DNA from: Promethearchaeota archaeon
GTDB taxonomy: Archaea; Asgardarchaeota; Lokiarchaeia; Sigyniarchaeales; SOKP01
NCBI GenBank assembly: GCA_048940445.1
Contig: JBHLON010000034.1
Location: 1 to 33,448, forward strand
Direction of reading: 5' to 3'
Length of the DNA: 33,448 nucleotides
The notes beneath the pieces are model-generated. The model was not told the origin of the DNA. It searched no databases and was given only the letters and a program-made list of their open reading frames with translations. The translations under genes and the position numbers were made by a program. Positions within the stretch are counted from its first letter, which is position 1; each line of letters starts with the position of its first letter. This document shows, piece by piece, positions 19,070 to 28,430 of this stretch.

Positions 19070-19963
19070 ATGGAAAAGAACAAGGTTCCATCAAGTGATA
19101 ATTTTAGAATATTTCGAATCAGTTTAAATGAAAAATATCGATTCTATGTTTTTATAATTGCACTTTTTGGCTTACCAATCGGATTATTTAAAACTTCAGG
19201 GTATTGGGTGGTTTTAAATAATATAATTGAATATCTTCTTTCAGGATTTCCTTCCGGAATGGTTTACTTATTATCATATTTGTTTACAATTTTAATTGTT
19301 GTACTAATTCAGCTCGGAATAACACTTGTGTGCTTATACGTACTTATTAAAATACGTGGCTATCAAAAAAGGATCATTCCTTCGGAAGAGAAACAAAAGA
19401 TATGGACTTTTCACCTAGATGATGAAAAACGATTAATTTTATTGGCGACTTCTCTATTCGGGATTGTCATGTATAGTTTTTATTTTATGCAATGGGTTAA
19501 TACTCTTTATTATAATATACAATGCTTAGTTCTAGATAGTCCCTTTACAACCGCTAGTATACTACAAATAATCTTTAATTTGATTACCATTTCGATGGTC
19601 TTATCCTTCTCAATCTATACACTAATAAGATTAAAGAGATTTCAAATAACAGAAGAGAATTCCCCCAGAATGGTCTCGTTCACCTATCATGAGAAATATA
19701 TAAAGCTTATTTTCATTATAGCTCTAATAGGTATATTTGCCGCAATATTTGTTTACATTCTTGAGAATGTTGCTTATATTCCACTATACATGTCCTATAT
19801 TATTAGATATGATGGCTATGGACCACCTTATTATCTAATTCTATATTATAGTAATTTTGTTAGGCAATTCTCTATTGAAATTGGGAGAGGAATAATAATA
19901 TTCATTTTAAGCATACTAACTATTAAAAACGTATATACTTATCAGAAACAAATAAGGGTATAA
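19070..19963 (+). CDS. Hypothetical integral membrane protein with three internal repeats
   Basis: About 6 hydrophobic segments; the units EKx(4-5)(F/L)xx(A/S)L(F/I)G and (Y/L)(V/T)(L/I)...(Y/F)Q each occur three times. Confidence 0.75.
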   Translation: MEKNKVPSSDNFRIFRISLNEKYRFYVFIIALFGLPIGLFKTSGYWVVLNNIIEYLLSGFPSGMVYLLSYLFTILIVVLIQLGITLVCLYVLIKIRGYQKRIIPSEEKQKIWTFHLDDEKRLILLATSLFGIVMYSFYFMQWVNTLYYNIQCLVLDSPFTTASILQIIFNLITISMVLSFSIYTLIRLKRFQITEENSPRMVSFTYHEKYIKLIFIIALIGIFAAIFVYILENVAYIPLYMSYIIRYDGYGPPYYLILYYSNFVRQFSIEIGRGIIIFILSILTIKNVYTYQKQIRV

Positions 19964-20029
19964 ATTCTTCTATTTTTATTTCCAACCTCTAAAAGAGAAT
20001 AAAGAACAATGTTGATATTAACATCACTA

Positions 20030-20467
20030 TTACCAATCTTCTAATAAATACGTGAGATAATTGCTCTCAAATTCTTTTCCTGTATGAATCTTTCTAGTAT
20101 TATTAATTTCTAAGAAGAATTTGTGAAAAACTCTAACGTCATTTTCATATTTTTTATTTTCAATCTCAGGGAAGAGTTCAAGAAACCTATTAGACAAAAA
20201 TTCAAGTTCTTCTAATACTTTATTCCGATTTACATCTATTAATGAGATTCCAACAAATTGGGTTTCAGATTTTGATAAAAAAGTAATTCGAAATTTATGG
20301 CCTTCAATCTGATATAAGTCATCATTAAGAGATAGGTTATAAAAAGAGTTTAATGCTTCAATGAACCCTCCAAATAGAAGAGAATCCTTAATTAATCCCG
20401 AACATGTACTAAAAATGACTTTTCCTCCTTTCTTGAATACAAGGAAGTCTTTTAAATATTCAGCCAA
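20030..20467 (-). CDS. Longin-fold small protein (Asgard-type)
   Basis: FLVFKKGGKVIFS...DSLLFGGFIEALNSF...LYQI...ITF...FVGI...LEFLSNRFLELF...DVRVFHKF matches the longin/sigma-adaptin-like beta-beta-alpha-beta-beta-beta-alpha-alpha pattern. Confidence 0.7.
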   Translation of the reverse strand: MAEYLKDFLVFKKGGKVIFSTCSGLIKDSLLFGGFIEALNSFYNLSLNDDLYQIEGHKFRITFLSKSETQFVGISLIDVNRNKVLEELEFLSNRFLELFPEIENKKYENDVRVFHKFFLEINNTRKIHTGKEFESNYLTYLLEDW

Positions 20468-20550
20468 GATCTTACGCTCAATTCTTATTTTAACTGGATA
20501 TTAGATGCAAACATACTTATTTAAAATACGGTAATATTTTCATGTTATTC

Positions 20551-20633
20551 AAATAACTTTGGTGTGATCTCAGTATTCTATGGGGCATTCTGCGATGATC
20601 TACAATGAATGAAATTTCACACTAAATTTATTT
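20551..20633. repeat. Long imperfect inverted repeat / hairpin in the divergent intergenic region
   Basis: AAATAACTTTGGTGTGA (20551-20567) pairs with TCACACTAAATTTATTT (20617-20633) with one mismatch and one G-U; inner stem TGGGGCATT-CTGC-GATGATCTA. Confidence 0.6.
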
Positions 20634-20688
20634 GCAATCAACAATTTTTTATAATAACTAAAAAAAAGCATTTTTGTGAAATGATGAC

Positions 20689-21630
20689 ATGAAAATTGAA
20701 AAATCTAGTCAAGATCTCGAGAATGAAGTAATTTACGCAGGACTGTGCATACATTGCGGATCCTGTAATGCTTTTTGTCCACATATGGATTTCAATGAGA
20801 AAACTGGAGAAGCTTATGTGGTAGATGAATGTGCTGAAACTATAGGGCTTTGTTATAATGCATGTCCAAGGAGTTTTTTACCAGTTTCTGAAATTGAAGA
20901 AAAATTATTTGGCCAAAGGAGAGTTGATTTAGCAGTCGGAGTCTATAAAGATATTGTCCAAGTAAAATCGAAGACAAAAGATAATATTCTTTACAATTTA
21001 GTAGTAGCAGCATTTGAATCAGGAGTGGCAAAACATTTTGTCCTGAGTAATCCACAAAGTAAAAAGCCACCAGTAGCATTTCCTGTTGTGGTGGATAATC
21101 CTAAAGATGCTAGAAAATACATTCCGGAAAAAACAATGGATAACGCAGGACCTTTAATAACTGGCATTGGTAAGGCATATTTAGATAAGAAAAAGGAAAT
21201 TGGAATAATTGCTAATCCTTGCCATTTTCAAGGTTTAGCAAAAATTTTAACCTCAGATTTTAATACAGGAGCAGAACGTACTTCTTTAAGGATTGCGATG
21301 GCATGTTCCTCAGGAGGTATGACTGGTTGTAAATATTGTACTGATTTTTCTGGTGAATTTTCTGATATTTCATATAGCTCATGGGGGGCTCCTAAAGGAT
21401 CAGGAGAAGCACTTTTAATTATAAGAACAGATGTGGGTCAGAAAGTACTAGATACTGCAATTAAGAAAAAACTAATTGAAGTTACAAATAAAGAGCCGGA
21501 TTTAAGTGAAATGAAAAAGTTTCTTAATAATAAACGCAAAAAAAATCTCAAAACACTTATAGGTAAGGATTTAATTACTGCTCGATATTTGAAGCTTAAT
21601 CTTGATGAATTTAAAGATTTATTAGAATAA
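20689..21630 (+). CDS. Coenzyme F420 hydrogenase/dehydrogenase beta-subunit (FrhB/FdhB)-like Fe-S protein
   Basis: N-terminal ferredoxin EVIYAGLCIHCGSCNAFCP...C....GLCYNACPR; NPCH; GCKYCTDFSGEFSDISY..WGAPKG...LIIRT.VG. Confidence 0.82.
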   Translation: MKIEKSSQDLENEVIYAGLCIHCGSCNAFCPHMDFNEKTGEAYVVDECAETIGLCYNACPRSFLPVSEIEEKLFGQRRVDLAVGVYKDIVQVKSKTKDNILYNLVVAAFESGVAKHFVLSNPQSKKPPVAFPVVVDNPKDARKYIPEKTMDNAGPLITGIGKAYLDKKKEIGIIANPCHFQGLAKILTSDFNTGAERTSLRIAMACSSGGMTGCKYCTDFSGEFSDISYSSWGAPKGSGEALLIIRTDVGQKVLDTAIKKKLIEVTNKEPDLSEMKKFLNNKRKKNLKTLIGKDLITARYLKLNLDEFKDLLE

Positions 21631-21664
21631 GTTCTATGTAATCTATTTTTATTTTTTTTGATAT

Positions 21665-22225
21665 TTATATTCTTGATATTTTTTCGTACAAGTTCCTACT
21701 CATTATTTCGAAAATTTTTTCATTCTGATAGCCTGTTTTACTGGATGTTTCAAAAAAATATGGGATCATATACTGTTTCTGAAATTCTTTAGCCTCTTCA
21801 ACAGAAACAGTTCTTTTCAACTCTGCTAAATCTTGTTTACATCCAACTAAAATAAAAATGGGTTCTCCTGCATTCTGCTTAATGATTTCATACCATTCAG
21901 GTAAACTCTGAAAGCTAGAATATCTTGATATATCATAACATAATAAGCATCCCTTTGCTCCCCTTGAGTAATTTGGTAAGAAAAATCGGAATCTCTTTTC
22001 TCCAGCAAAATCCCAAACTTGAAGCTTTATTTTATTTTCATTGATATCTAATTCTTTTGTAGCCAGATCAGTTCCTATAGTAATCTTCATTGGAACAAAC
22101 CTACCTGTAATTAACCTCTGAATCATTGTACTTTTCCCAATCCCGCCATCCCCAACTACCACTACTTTAAAAAGGTATCTTCGATTCTGATCAGCTATTT
22201 GTGTCATACTTCTAGTTAAAAACAA
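21665..22225 (-). CDS. Rab-like small GTPase (probable start at the second Met, MTQIAD)
   Basis: FKVVVVGDGGIGKST (G1), TIGTD (G2), KLQVWDFAGE (G3), RFRFFLPNYSRGA (RabF-like), VGCKQDL (G4), FETSSK (G5); no C-terminal Cys. Confidence 0.92.
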   Translation of the reverse strand: MFLTRSMTQIADQNRRYLFKVVVVGDGGIGKSTMIQRLITGRFVPMKITIGTDLATKELDINENKIKLQVWDFAGEKRFRFFLPNYSRGAKGCLLCYDISRYSSFQSLPEWYEIIKQNAGEPIFILVGCKQDLAELKRTVSVEEAKEFQKQYMIPYFFETSSKTGYQNEKIFEIMSRNLYEKISRI

Positions 22226-22264
22226 AATTTTCTTAAAAATTATATGGATTTATAATATAAATTT

Positions 22265-23116
22265 TTATTCCATCGAAAGAGTAAACTCAAATTTTTTATT
22301 CAAATTTTTAAGGTTATTTATGATTTGCTGTTTTAGATCCTCGGGTACATCTTGTAATAACTTGTTTAAATTTTCCATTGAAAAATTGTTGACATCTTTA
22401 TAAATAATTATAAGTATGAAGGTAGTTACCAGAGGAGAAATGACAAAAATAAGGATTGACATCATTGTAATTTGTAATGGTCTAGAAGACTCTAAGCCTG
22501 TACCTGGCAAGAAAAAATTTATCCCTAGAACAGGATTATTCAGAATAACCAGAGAATTCAGGATATTCAATATATTTAGAGTGATAAACATGGCTAGGTT
22601 TATTATTAAGATTTGATTATATTTCTTTCTGTTTAAGAATGACACTGTAGTGCTTAAGTCTTCGCCCAAATCAATTTTACTATGTTTCCATATATCGATA
22701 ATTATCCAATAGAACCCAAATGAATAAATAAAAAGGAATAAAATATTGAAATATATATTATAATCATCTATTAATTGAGGATGATATAAAGATTCTGCTC
22801 CAATCCAAAATAAAAAGATTAGTTGTATTAGACAAGAAAATACAAGTCTATTAGCATGTCTTTTTTCTAAGCCAAATGGATTATATACAATTGAACTAGA
22901 TGCGGGTTTAATTCTCCATTTATTGGTACTAATTATCCTAAAGAAGATAGCATATGCAAAGGTAATAATTGGAAATAAGAACAAAAAAATATTTTCCCAA
23001 GATTGGGCTATTGTGAATAAAAATAAGATTACAAAAAGTACAATATCTCTTAACAAAATTTCATTAAATATTTCCCTTAACAGAAGATATGGCTTTTCAG
23101 AATTATCTTTAGTCAT
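22265..23116 (-). CDS. Hypothetical integral membrane protein (~6 TM)
   Basis: Multiple hydrophobic segments; lies 39 bp upstream of, and co-oriented with, the Rab-like gene. Confidence 0.75.
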   Translation of the reverse strand: MTKDNSEKPYLLLREIFNEILLRDIVLFVILFLFTIAQSWENIFLFLFPIITFAYAIFFRIISTNKWRIKPASSSIVYNPFGLEKRHANRLVFSCLIQLIFLFWIGAESLYHPQLIDDYNIYFNILFLFIYSFGFYWIIIDIWKHSKIDLGEDLSTTVSFLNRKKYNQILIINLAMFITLNILNILNSLVILNNPVLGINFFLPGTGLESSRPLQITMMSILIFVISPLVTTFILIIIYKDVNNFSMENLNKLLQDVPEDLKQQIINNLKNLNKKFEFTLSME

Positions 23117-23222
23117 TTTTTTTCTATAATCTTGTTAATAATTAAAATTTTATACTCCCTTTCCTAATATAAACTTTAAATTATAATATTATTAAAATAT
23201 GACGGATATTTCGGTGTTTTAA

Positions 23223-25193
23223 ATAAACTATTTTGATTTTTTTCCTTATGAAAATTTTAGACAAGAACAAGAAAATATAATAAAAAAAATTGAAAAGGCT
23301 TCAAAAGAGAAGAAAGTTATATTATTATCTGCTCCAAATGGAACAGGAAAAACAATAATTGCACTTAGTGCCTTATTGCCCCTCGCTTATGAAAGAGATT
23401 TGAAAATTGTCTATTTATGTAGGACACATGCTCAAAACAGTCGGATTATTAAGGAATTAAATAAAATTTCGAATTTATTAGAAAATTCTAAATTAAAGAA
23501 TAGGGTAAATGGGCTCTCAATTAGGGGACGAAATGAGATGTGTCTAAATAAAACTCTTATACAACTTAAATTGAACCCTAGAGAAGCCATGTCAGTTTGC
23601 AGGGATTTAAGGAAAAATGGAAATTGTGCTTACTATAATAATTTAATTAAAAAAAAAGATCAGATAGTTAATCTGAAATCAATCGCTCCAGAATTAATTC
23701 ACAAACCTGTAGATGCTGAAGAACTGATCGCTTTTTGTAAGCATAAGGTATTCTGTCCTTATTATTTAAGTAAATTTCTTTTAAAAGAAATGAATTTAGT
23801 TATTTGTAACTACCAATGGCTCTTTAATCCCTTTATTAGAGCTAATTTCTTAAAGTTTTTAGGTAAAGAAATTCAAGAGTGTATTGTAGTAATTGATGAG
23901 TGCCATAACTTGATTGATGTAGCTACTGAAATTAATTCTGAACAAATAAGTCCATACTTATTAAGATTGTGCCTAAGGGATTTGGAATTATATAACGCTC
24001 CTGTATCGCTCCAGAGTTTTGTTAACTTTTTACTAAGTCATTTAGAAAGAAAGTCAAAGAATATCAATAATAATGAAGAAGAAATCAACTCAAAAGGCTT
24101 TCTACAAAATCTTATTAAAAGTTTAGGTTTATCAAGTCTAAAACAGTTAGAAAACCTCATAAAGGATTTATATGATTTTGGAACCTCAATCCATGAACAA
24201 AGAATTGCTAATGGTGAATTTTCAAGAAATCATATTGGAACTTTAGCAGAATTTTGGATTAAGTGGTTTCAAACATATCTATTACCTAATTACTTTTTTT
24301 GTTATACAATGAGGGAGAAAAAAGGAAAAAAATTAGTCTTTTTAGAAATTGTTGCTCTAGATCCACGAGACATCACAATCCCCATTTTGAAAGAATGTTT
24401 TACTTGCCTCAACCTATCTGGAACGGTCAATCCATATGTTTTTACAAATTTAATAGGATTTAAAGAAAGTGGTAAGAAATATGAAGGAATTATTACGGAT
24501 TCCCCTTTCAGTAAAGACAATATTTGTGCTTTGATAATTGATGGAGTAAACACGCGTAAAGTCAGTAGAACCTCAGAAATGTATAAAAAAATGATAACTA
24601 AGATTGACGAGATATTAAGTTGCACCCCCGCTAATATTGGTATTTTTTGTGCATCATATAAAGTCCAACACGGGCTAATATCAAATGATCTGGAATATAT
24701 CATAAAAAAGAATAATAAGAGATTATTTATTGAATTATCTGGTCTATCTGCTTCTGAGAATCTACTTTTGATTAATAATTATAAATCAATGGCAGGAACC
24801 AGTAATGGTGCTGTTTTATTAGGTGTATGTGGAGGAAGAAATTCAGAAGGTGAAGATTATCCCGGAGACTTTATGAATTCTGTTATAATTGCAGGATTTC
24901 CTTATCATCTACCTTCTCCACGAGTTGATGCTAAAATAAAATATTATGATAAAGTATTTAATAAACAGGGTTGGAATTTTGCTTACCTTTATCCCGCTAT
25001 TCAAAGAGCAAATCAAGCTTCTGGACGTCCAATAAGAAAGTTAGACGATAAAGGAGCAATAATCTTTATGGATAGCCGATTCAAATCAAAACATAATTGG
25101 ATTTCAGAATGGATAAGGAAAGAATTAGAGATTGTCCCTGATAAACCTAATGCGATAAAGGAGAATTTATCTTCTTTTTGGAATGTGGTTTAA
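23223..25193 (+). CDS. xpd: XPD/Rad3-family Fe-S DNA helicase; N-terminus extends upstream of the called start at 23376
   Basis: The upstream in-frame sequence reads INYFDFFPYENFRQEQ (Q motif)...LLSAPNGTGKT (Walker A). Further motifs: RTHAQ, Fe-S Cys in GRNEMC..C..C...FCPYY, DECHN (motif II), LSGT, GRNSEGEDY, QASGRPIR...DKG. Confidence 0.93.
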   Translation: MNYFDFFPYENFRQEQENIIKKIEKASKEKKVILLSAPNGTGKTIIALSALLPLAYERDLKIVYLCRTHAQNSRIIKELNKISNLLENSKLKNRVNGLSIRGRNEMCLNKTLIQLKLNPREAMSVCRDLRKNGNCAYYNNLIKKKDQIVNLKSIAPELIHKPVDAEELIAFCKHKVFCPYYLSKFLLKEMNLVICNYQWLFNPFIRANFLKFLGKEIQECIVVIDECHNLIDVATEINSEQISPYLLRLCLRDLELYNAPVSLQSFVNFLLSHLERKSKNINNNEEEINSKGFLQNLIKSLGLSSLKQLENLIKDLYDFGTSIHEQRIANGEFSRNHIGTLAEFWIKWFQTYLLPNYFFCYTMREKKGKKLVFLEIVALDPRDITIPILKECFTCLNLSGTVNPYVFTNLIGFKESGKKYEGIITDSPFSKDNICALIIDGVNTRKVSRTSEMYKKMITKIDEILSCTPANIGIFCASYKVQHGLISNDLEYIIKKNNKRLFIELSGLSASENLLLINNYKSMAGTSNGAVLLGVCGGRNSEGEDYPGDFMNSVIIAGFPYHLPSPRVDAKIKYYDKVFNKQGWNFAYLYPAIQRANQASGRPIRKLDDKGAIIFMDSRFKSKHNWISEWIRKELEIVPDKPNAIKENLSSFWNVV

Positions 25194-26367
25194 ATTTCAA
25201 AAGTATAATTAAAGTAGATATGATTGGAAATATAATCATAAAATACATTGCAATGTAATAATCCGTATGATAAGCAAATATTAAAAATGAAAATAATAGT
25301 CCACCTGAAAAACTTCCAAAAGATACACTAGTATTAGCATAACCCATATACCTTCCTTTGTTATTCGGTGTGGTATTTTGAGCAATATATGTAATTGTTG
25401 CAGCCCAATGTAAAGAATAACTAAAAGATACTAATAGTTGAGATATTAAGAAACTCCAAAAATTAGTTGATGCAATGTAGCCAAAAATACTAATAGCACT
25501 TAATGTATATCCAATAATCATAAAAGACTTAACATTTTTAGTTGTTATTACTCTCCCTACTAATAACATCTGAAAGAATTGTAATAAGAAGTTGATACCG
25601 ATCAAAAATCCAGTTTCTGGATAACTTTTTAAAAGGCTCATCATAATCACTGCTAAAATTGGCATAATTGGTTTGATACTAAAATTTCTGAAAAATAATC
25701 CAAAAAAAACTGATTTAGATACTGTATTTTCTATATCAGAGCCATTGAAGATACGTTTAACATCTTCCTTCTTTTCTCGATCTTGATACATTTCTATAAT
25801 CATAGATCTATTCTCCTTTACAAAAAATACGGTTATTACACTTGGTATAGAGACAATAAATATAAATAAAAACAGGTTATCAATCCCAAAAAAATTAATA
25901 AAAATGCCCCCAAACTGAGCACCAACAAACCAGGCACCTACAATTATAGCATTATAATAAGAAATGAGTGTTTTATCGTCTTTTACTAACTCAGCATAAA
26001 GGGTGATAAATAAATTAGATGACGCCATGAAAAAGCCAAAAATAAATAGTAAAATTATTAATATTATTAGATTTTGCGTCATCAATAAGAATAAATAAGT
26101 AAAAGTCATGCCTATTGTTCCAATTACGATAAATATATATCGATTTTGAATCTTATCAGAAAAGAAACCATATAATGGAGGAAAAATAAAAGTAGTTAAA
26201 GGAAAAATTGTAATTATGAGTTGCGTTAATGGTTTCCCTGTATTCAAATCTAATAGTAAGTATTGAGGTACATAAGTAAAAACGATAATAGTTGCTGTAT
26301 TTATAAAAAAAATTGATAATAAAATGAAAATTATAGACTTTTTTGCTAAAATCAATTTCTGTACCAT
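25147..26367 (-). CDS. Major facilitator superfamily transporter
   Basis: About 12 TM segments; motif A-like YGFFSDKIQNR; NKGRYMGYANTSVSFGSFSGGLL. Confidence 0.88.
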   Translation of the reverse strand: MVQKLILAKKSIIFILLSIFFINTATIIVFTYVPQYLLLDLNTGKPLTQLIITIFPLTTFIFPPLYGFFSDKIQNRYIFIVIGTIGMTFTYLFLLMTQNLIILIILLFIFGFFMASSNLFITLYAELVKDDKTLISYYNAIIVGAWFVGAQFGGIFINFFGIDNLFLFIFIVSIPSVITVFFVKENRSMIIEMYQDREKKEDVKRIFNGSDIENTVSKSVFFGLFFRNFSIKPIMPILAVIMMSLLKSYPETGFLIGINFLLQFFQMLLVGRVITTKNVKSFMIIGYTLSAISIFGYIASTNFWSFLISQLLVSFSYSLHWAATITYIAQNTTPNNKGRYMGYANTSVSFGSFSGGLLFSFLIFAYHTDYYIAMYFMIIFPIISTLIILLKFKPHSKKKINSPLSH

Positions 26368-26440
26368 TACAAATTTACATATAAAAATTTCTAAGAACTT
26401 AATTAGTTTTTTAAAAAATTAGCTCCTTGAAAGTATTCTA

Positions 26441-28234
26441 TTAAGGGATTGTATGTAGCTCTTGAATTTCAGTGTACAATTCAATTAATTTCTTAGAAAC
26501 CATCTTCCATGTAAAATGATTTTTTACTCTATTTAGGCAATTTTCTCTGATTACACTAAAATAATTCGCATTCAGCAAAACTTGAGATTTTATGATCTCA
26601 TCGGGGATTGTATTTATTATTTTTAATGTCTCGTTATTATAACTCGTCCCCGTTTTTGAATCATTGACACTTAAAGCAACTTCAGCAGCCTTAAAGAGGG
26701 AAGTGGCTGCATTGCAAAATTGGGTCGAATTATCCTTTTCTATTAAGATACCGGTACCTATTTCGGGAAACAATCTCATATCTACTATTGTTTCTTGTAA
26801 CCCTCCGACTTTTGAGGCTATTATGGGGATTTTAGAAGCCATGGCTTCTAATGCCATTATTCCAAAAGGTTCCCAACGTGAGAGAGAAGCATACACATCT
26901 GCAGCTATATGAGCTAAATAAAATATATCAGAAGCGACTCCAAAAACTACTCTTATATTATTAGGGAATTTTTTAACATATTCAGCATAAAGTCTGATTT
27001 CATTAAGATTATAATCAGTTGGTAATACTAAAAATAAAAATTTTGCATTAGGAACTGATTCAATTATCCTTGGTATAGACATAAAAATAGTCTCAAATCC
27101 TTTTTGAGGTGAAATTCTACCAGTGGTAAGCATTAATGGACCAGATTCTGAAAATGCTTTAAGATTTCCATTTTTAAAGAAAGTTATTCCGTCATAAATC
27201 TCATTTATAGTATCTAAAACTTTTTGAGAACTAATGAAAGGACTCTCACTTAAATGTTGTATTTTATACTCAAGTAAATATTTCTTATAATCGTCTCTTT
27301 TAAGTTTTGTACCGAATGGTATGTTAAGTATATCGTAAATCTCATTACCTAGTCTTTGGTATACATCCTTTAATATAGTATCATAATCCCAATCGCAGCC
27401 ATCCCATACGAAATTAGATTTAAACTCTATTAAATCCTGACCGCAATTAGGAATTATGTCTGAGACTAAATATGATTTGCTAACGGTTGTGACCATATCA
27501 CAAACAATAGCGCCCACTTTTTCCACACTAGGGATAACGTCTATGGTTTTTACTAAAGAAAAAATGTCGATCATACTTATAGACTTAAATCCATCTGGTA
27601 GCCGTATTTCTATTGGTGTATTATCAATCCCACATGCTTTATAGAAATTTAAATCAAATTGAGGCCATGTTAATAAATGAATTGTAATTATAGAAGCAAT
27701 ATCTAAATAATTTTTAGTCAATACTTGTTTCATGCTAATATATGCTAAAACCGCATGGTAATCATGCAAATGAACTACATTAGGTAAGCTACCCCTTTCT
27801 TTATCAATTAAATATTCAATATAACACTTAATTCCTAGACTAAAAAAACAGATTTTTCCATTAATCGTATTAGGATTATAAATTGTCTTGTCATCTAAAA
27901 ATTGGGCTGTAAATGAATTTTCTCCAGATACAAGTATAATATTTACATTGTCTATTTTAAATTTATAAAATGAGATATAATAACTTGATTCTGGCTCCGC
28001 ATTTCTAAAAATAGATGGATCTATAAGACCAATACTTGAGAATGGTAACTTTTCATATTCAAAATTTTGCTTTAATCTCTCCAATTGTCCATGAGAAGGT
28101 AAAAATATTGTAACATCAAAAAGATCGGCTAAATGTTTAGCTTGATTTGCGGGTACTTCTCCTAAGCCACCAAATTTCACTATTCCGGCATATTCAAATG
28201 TAAAAATCCATACTTTTTTTTTCTCCCTAACCAA
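26441..28234 (-). CDS. glgA: Glycogen/starch synthase (GT5)
   Basis: FEYAGIVKFGGLGEV (KxGGL), HLHDYH, ITIHLL, TTVSKSY, GRISPQKG, SRWEPFGIMALEAM...KVGGL. Confidence 0.88.
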   Translation of the reverse strand: MVREKKKVWIFTFEYAGIVKFGGLGEVPANQAKHLADLFDVTIFLPSHGQLERLKQNFEYEKLPFSSIGLIDPSIFRNAEPESSYYISFYKFKIDNVNIILVSGENSFTAQFLDDKTIYNPNTINGKICFFSLGIKCYIEYLIDKERGSLPNVVHLHDYHAVLAYISMKQVLTKNYLDIASIITIHLLTWPQFDLNFYKACGIDNTPIEIRLPDGFKSISMIDIFSLVKTIDVIPSVEKVGAIVCDMVTTVSKSYLVSDIIPNCGQDLIEFKSNFVWDGCDWDYDTILKDVYQRLGNEIYDILNIPFGTKLKRDDYKKYLLEYKIQHLSESPFISSQKVLDTINEIYDGITFFKNGNLKAFSESGPLMLTTGRISPQKGFETIFMSIPRIIESVPNAKFLFLVLPTDYNLNEIRLYAEYVKKFPNNIRVVFGVASDIFYLAHIAADVYASLSRWEPFGIMALEAMASKIPIIASKVGGLQETIVDMRLFPEIGTGILIEKDNSTQFCNAATSLFKAAEVALSVNDSKTGTSYNNETLKIINTIPDEIIKSQVLLNANYFSVIRENCLNRVKNHFTWKMVSKKLIELYTEIQELHTIP

Positions 28235-28430
28235 GGTACAATAACTCTGTTTAATTAATTATAATTTTAGTTAGAAATGAGTTCTATTAAAACTTGATTA
28301 TGAATATTTTTTTCTAATATCAAATTGAGGCTATAGAGGCATAAATTTTTTATTTTTTTAAATATTCTAAAAATTAATTTTGCAATAATAGGTTATTATT
28401 TTGGTATTAAATAAATTAGAAATTCTAGGA

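Noticed and set aside
20551-20633. Hairpin as a SECIS element, C/D-box sRNA or tRNA
   Set aside because: No adjacent gene has an in-frame TGA, there is no clean RUGAUGA/CUGA box pair, and no cloverleaf. It is kept only as an unexplained hairpin.
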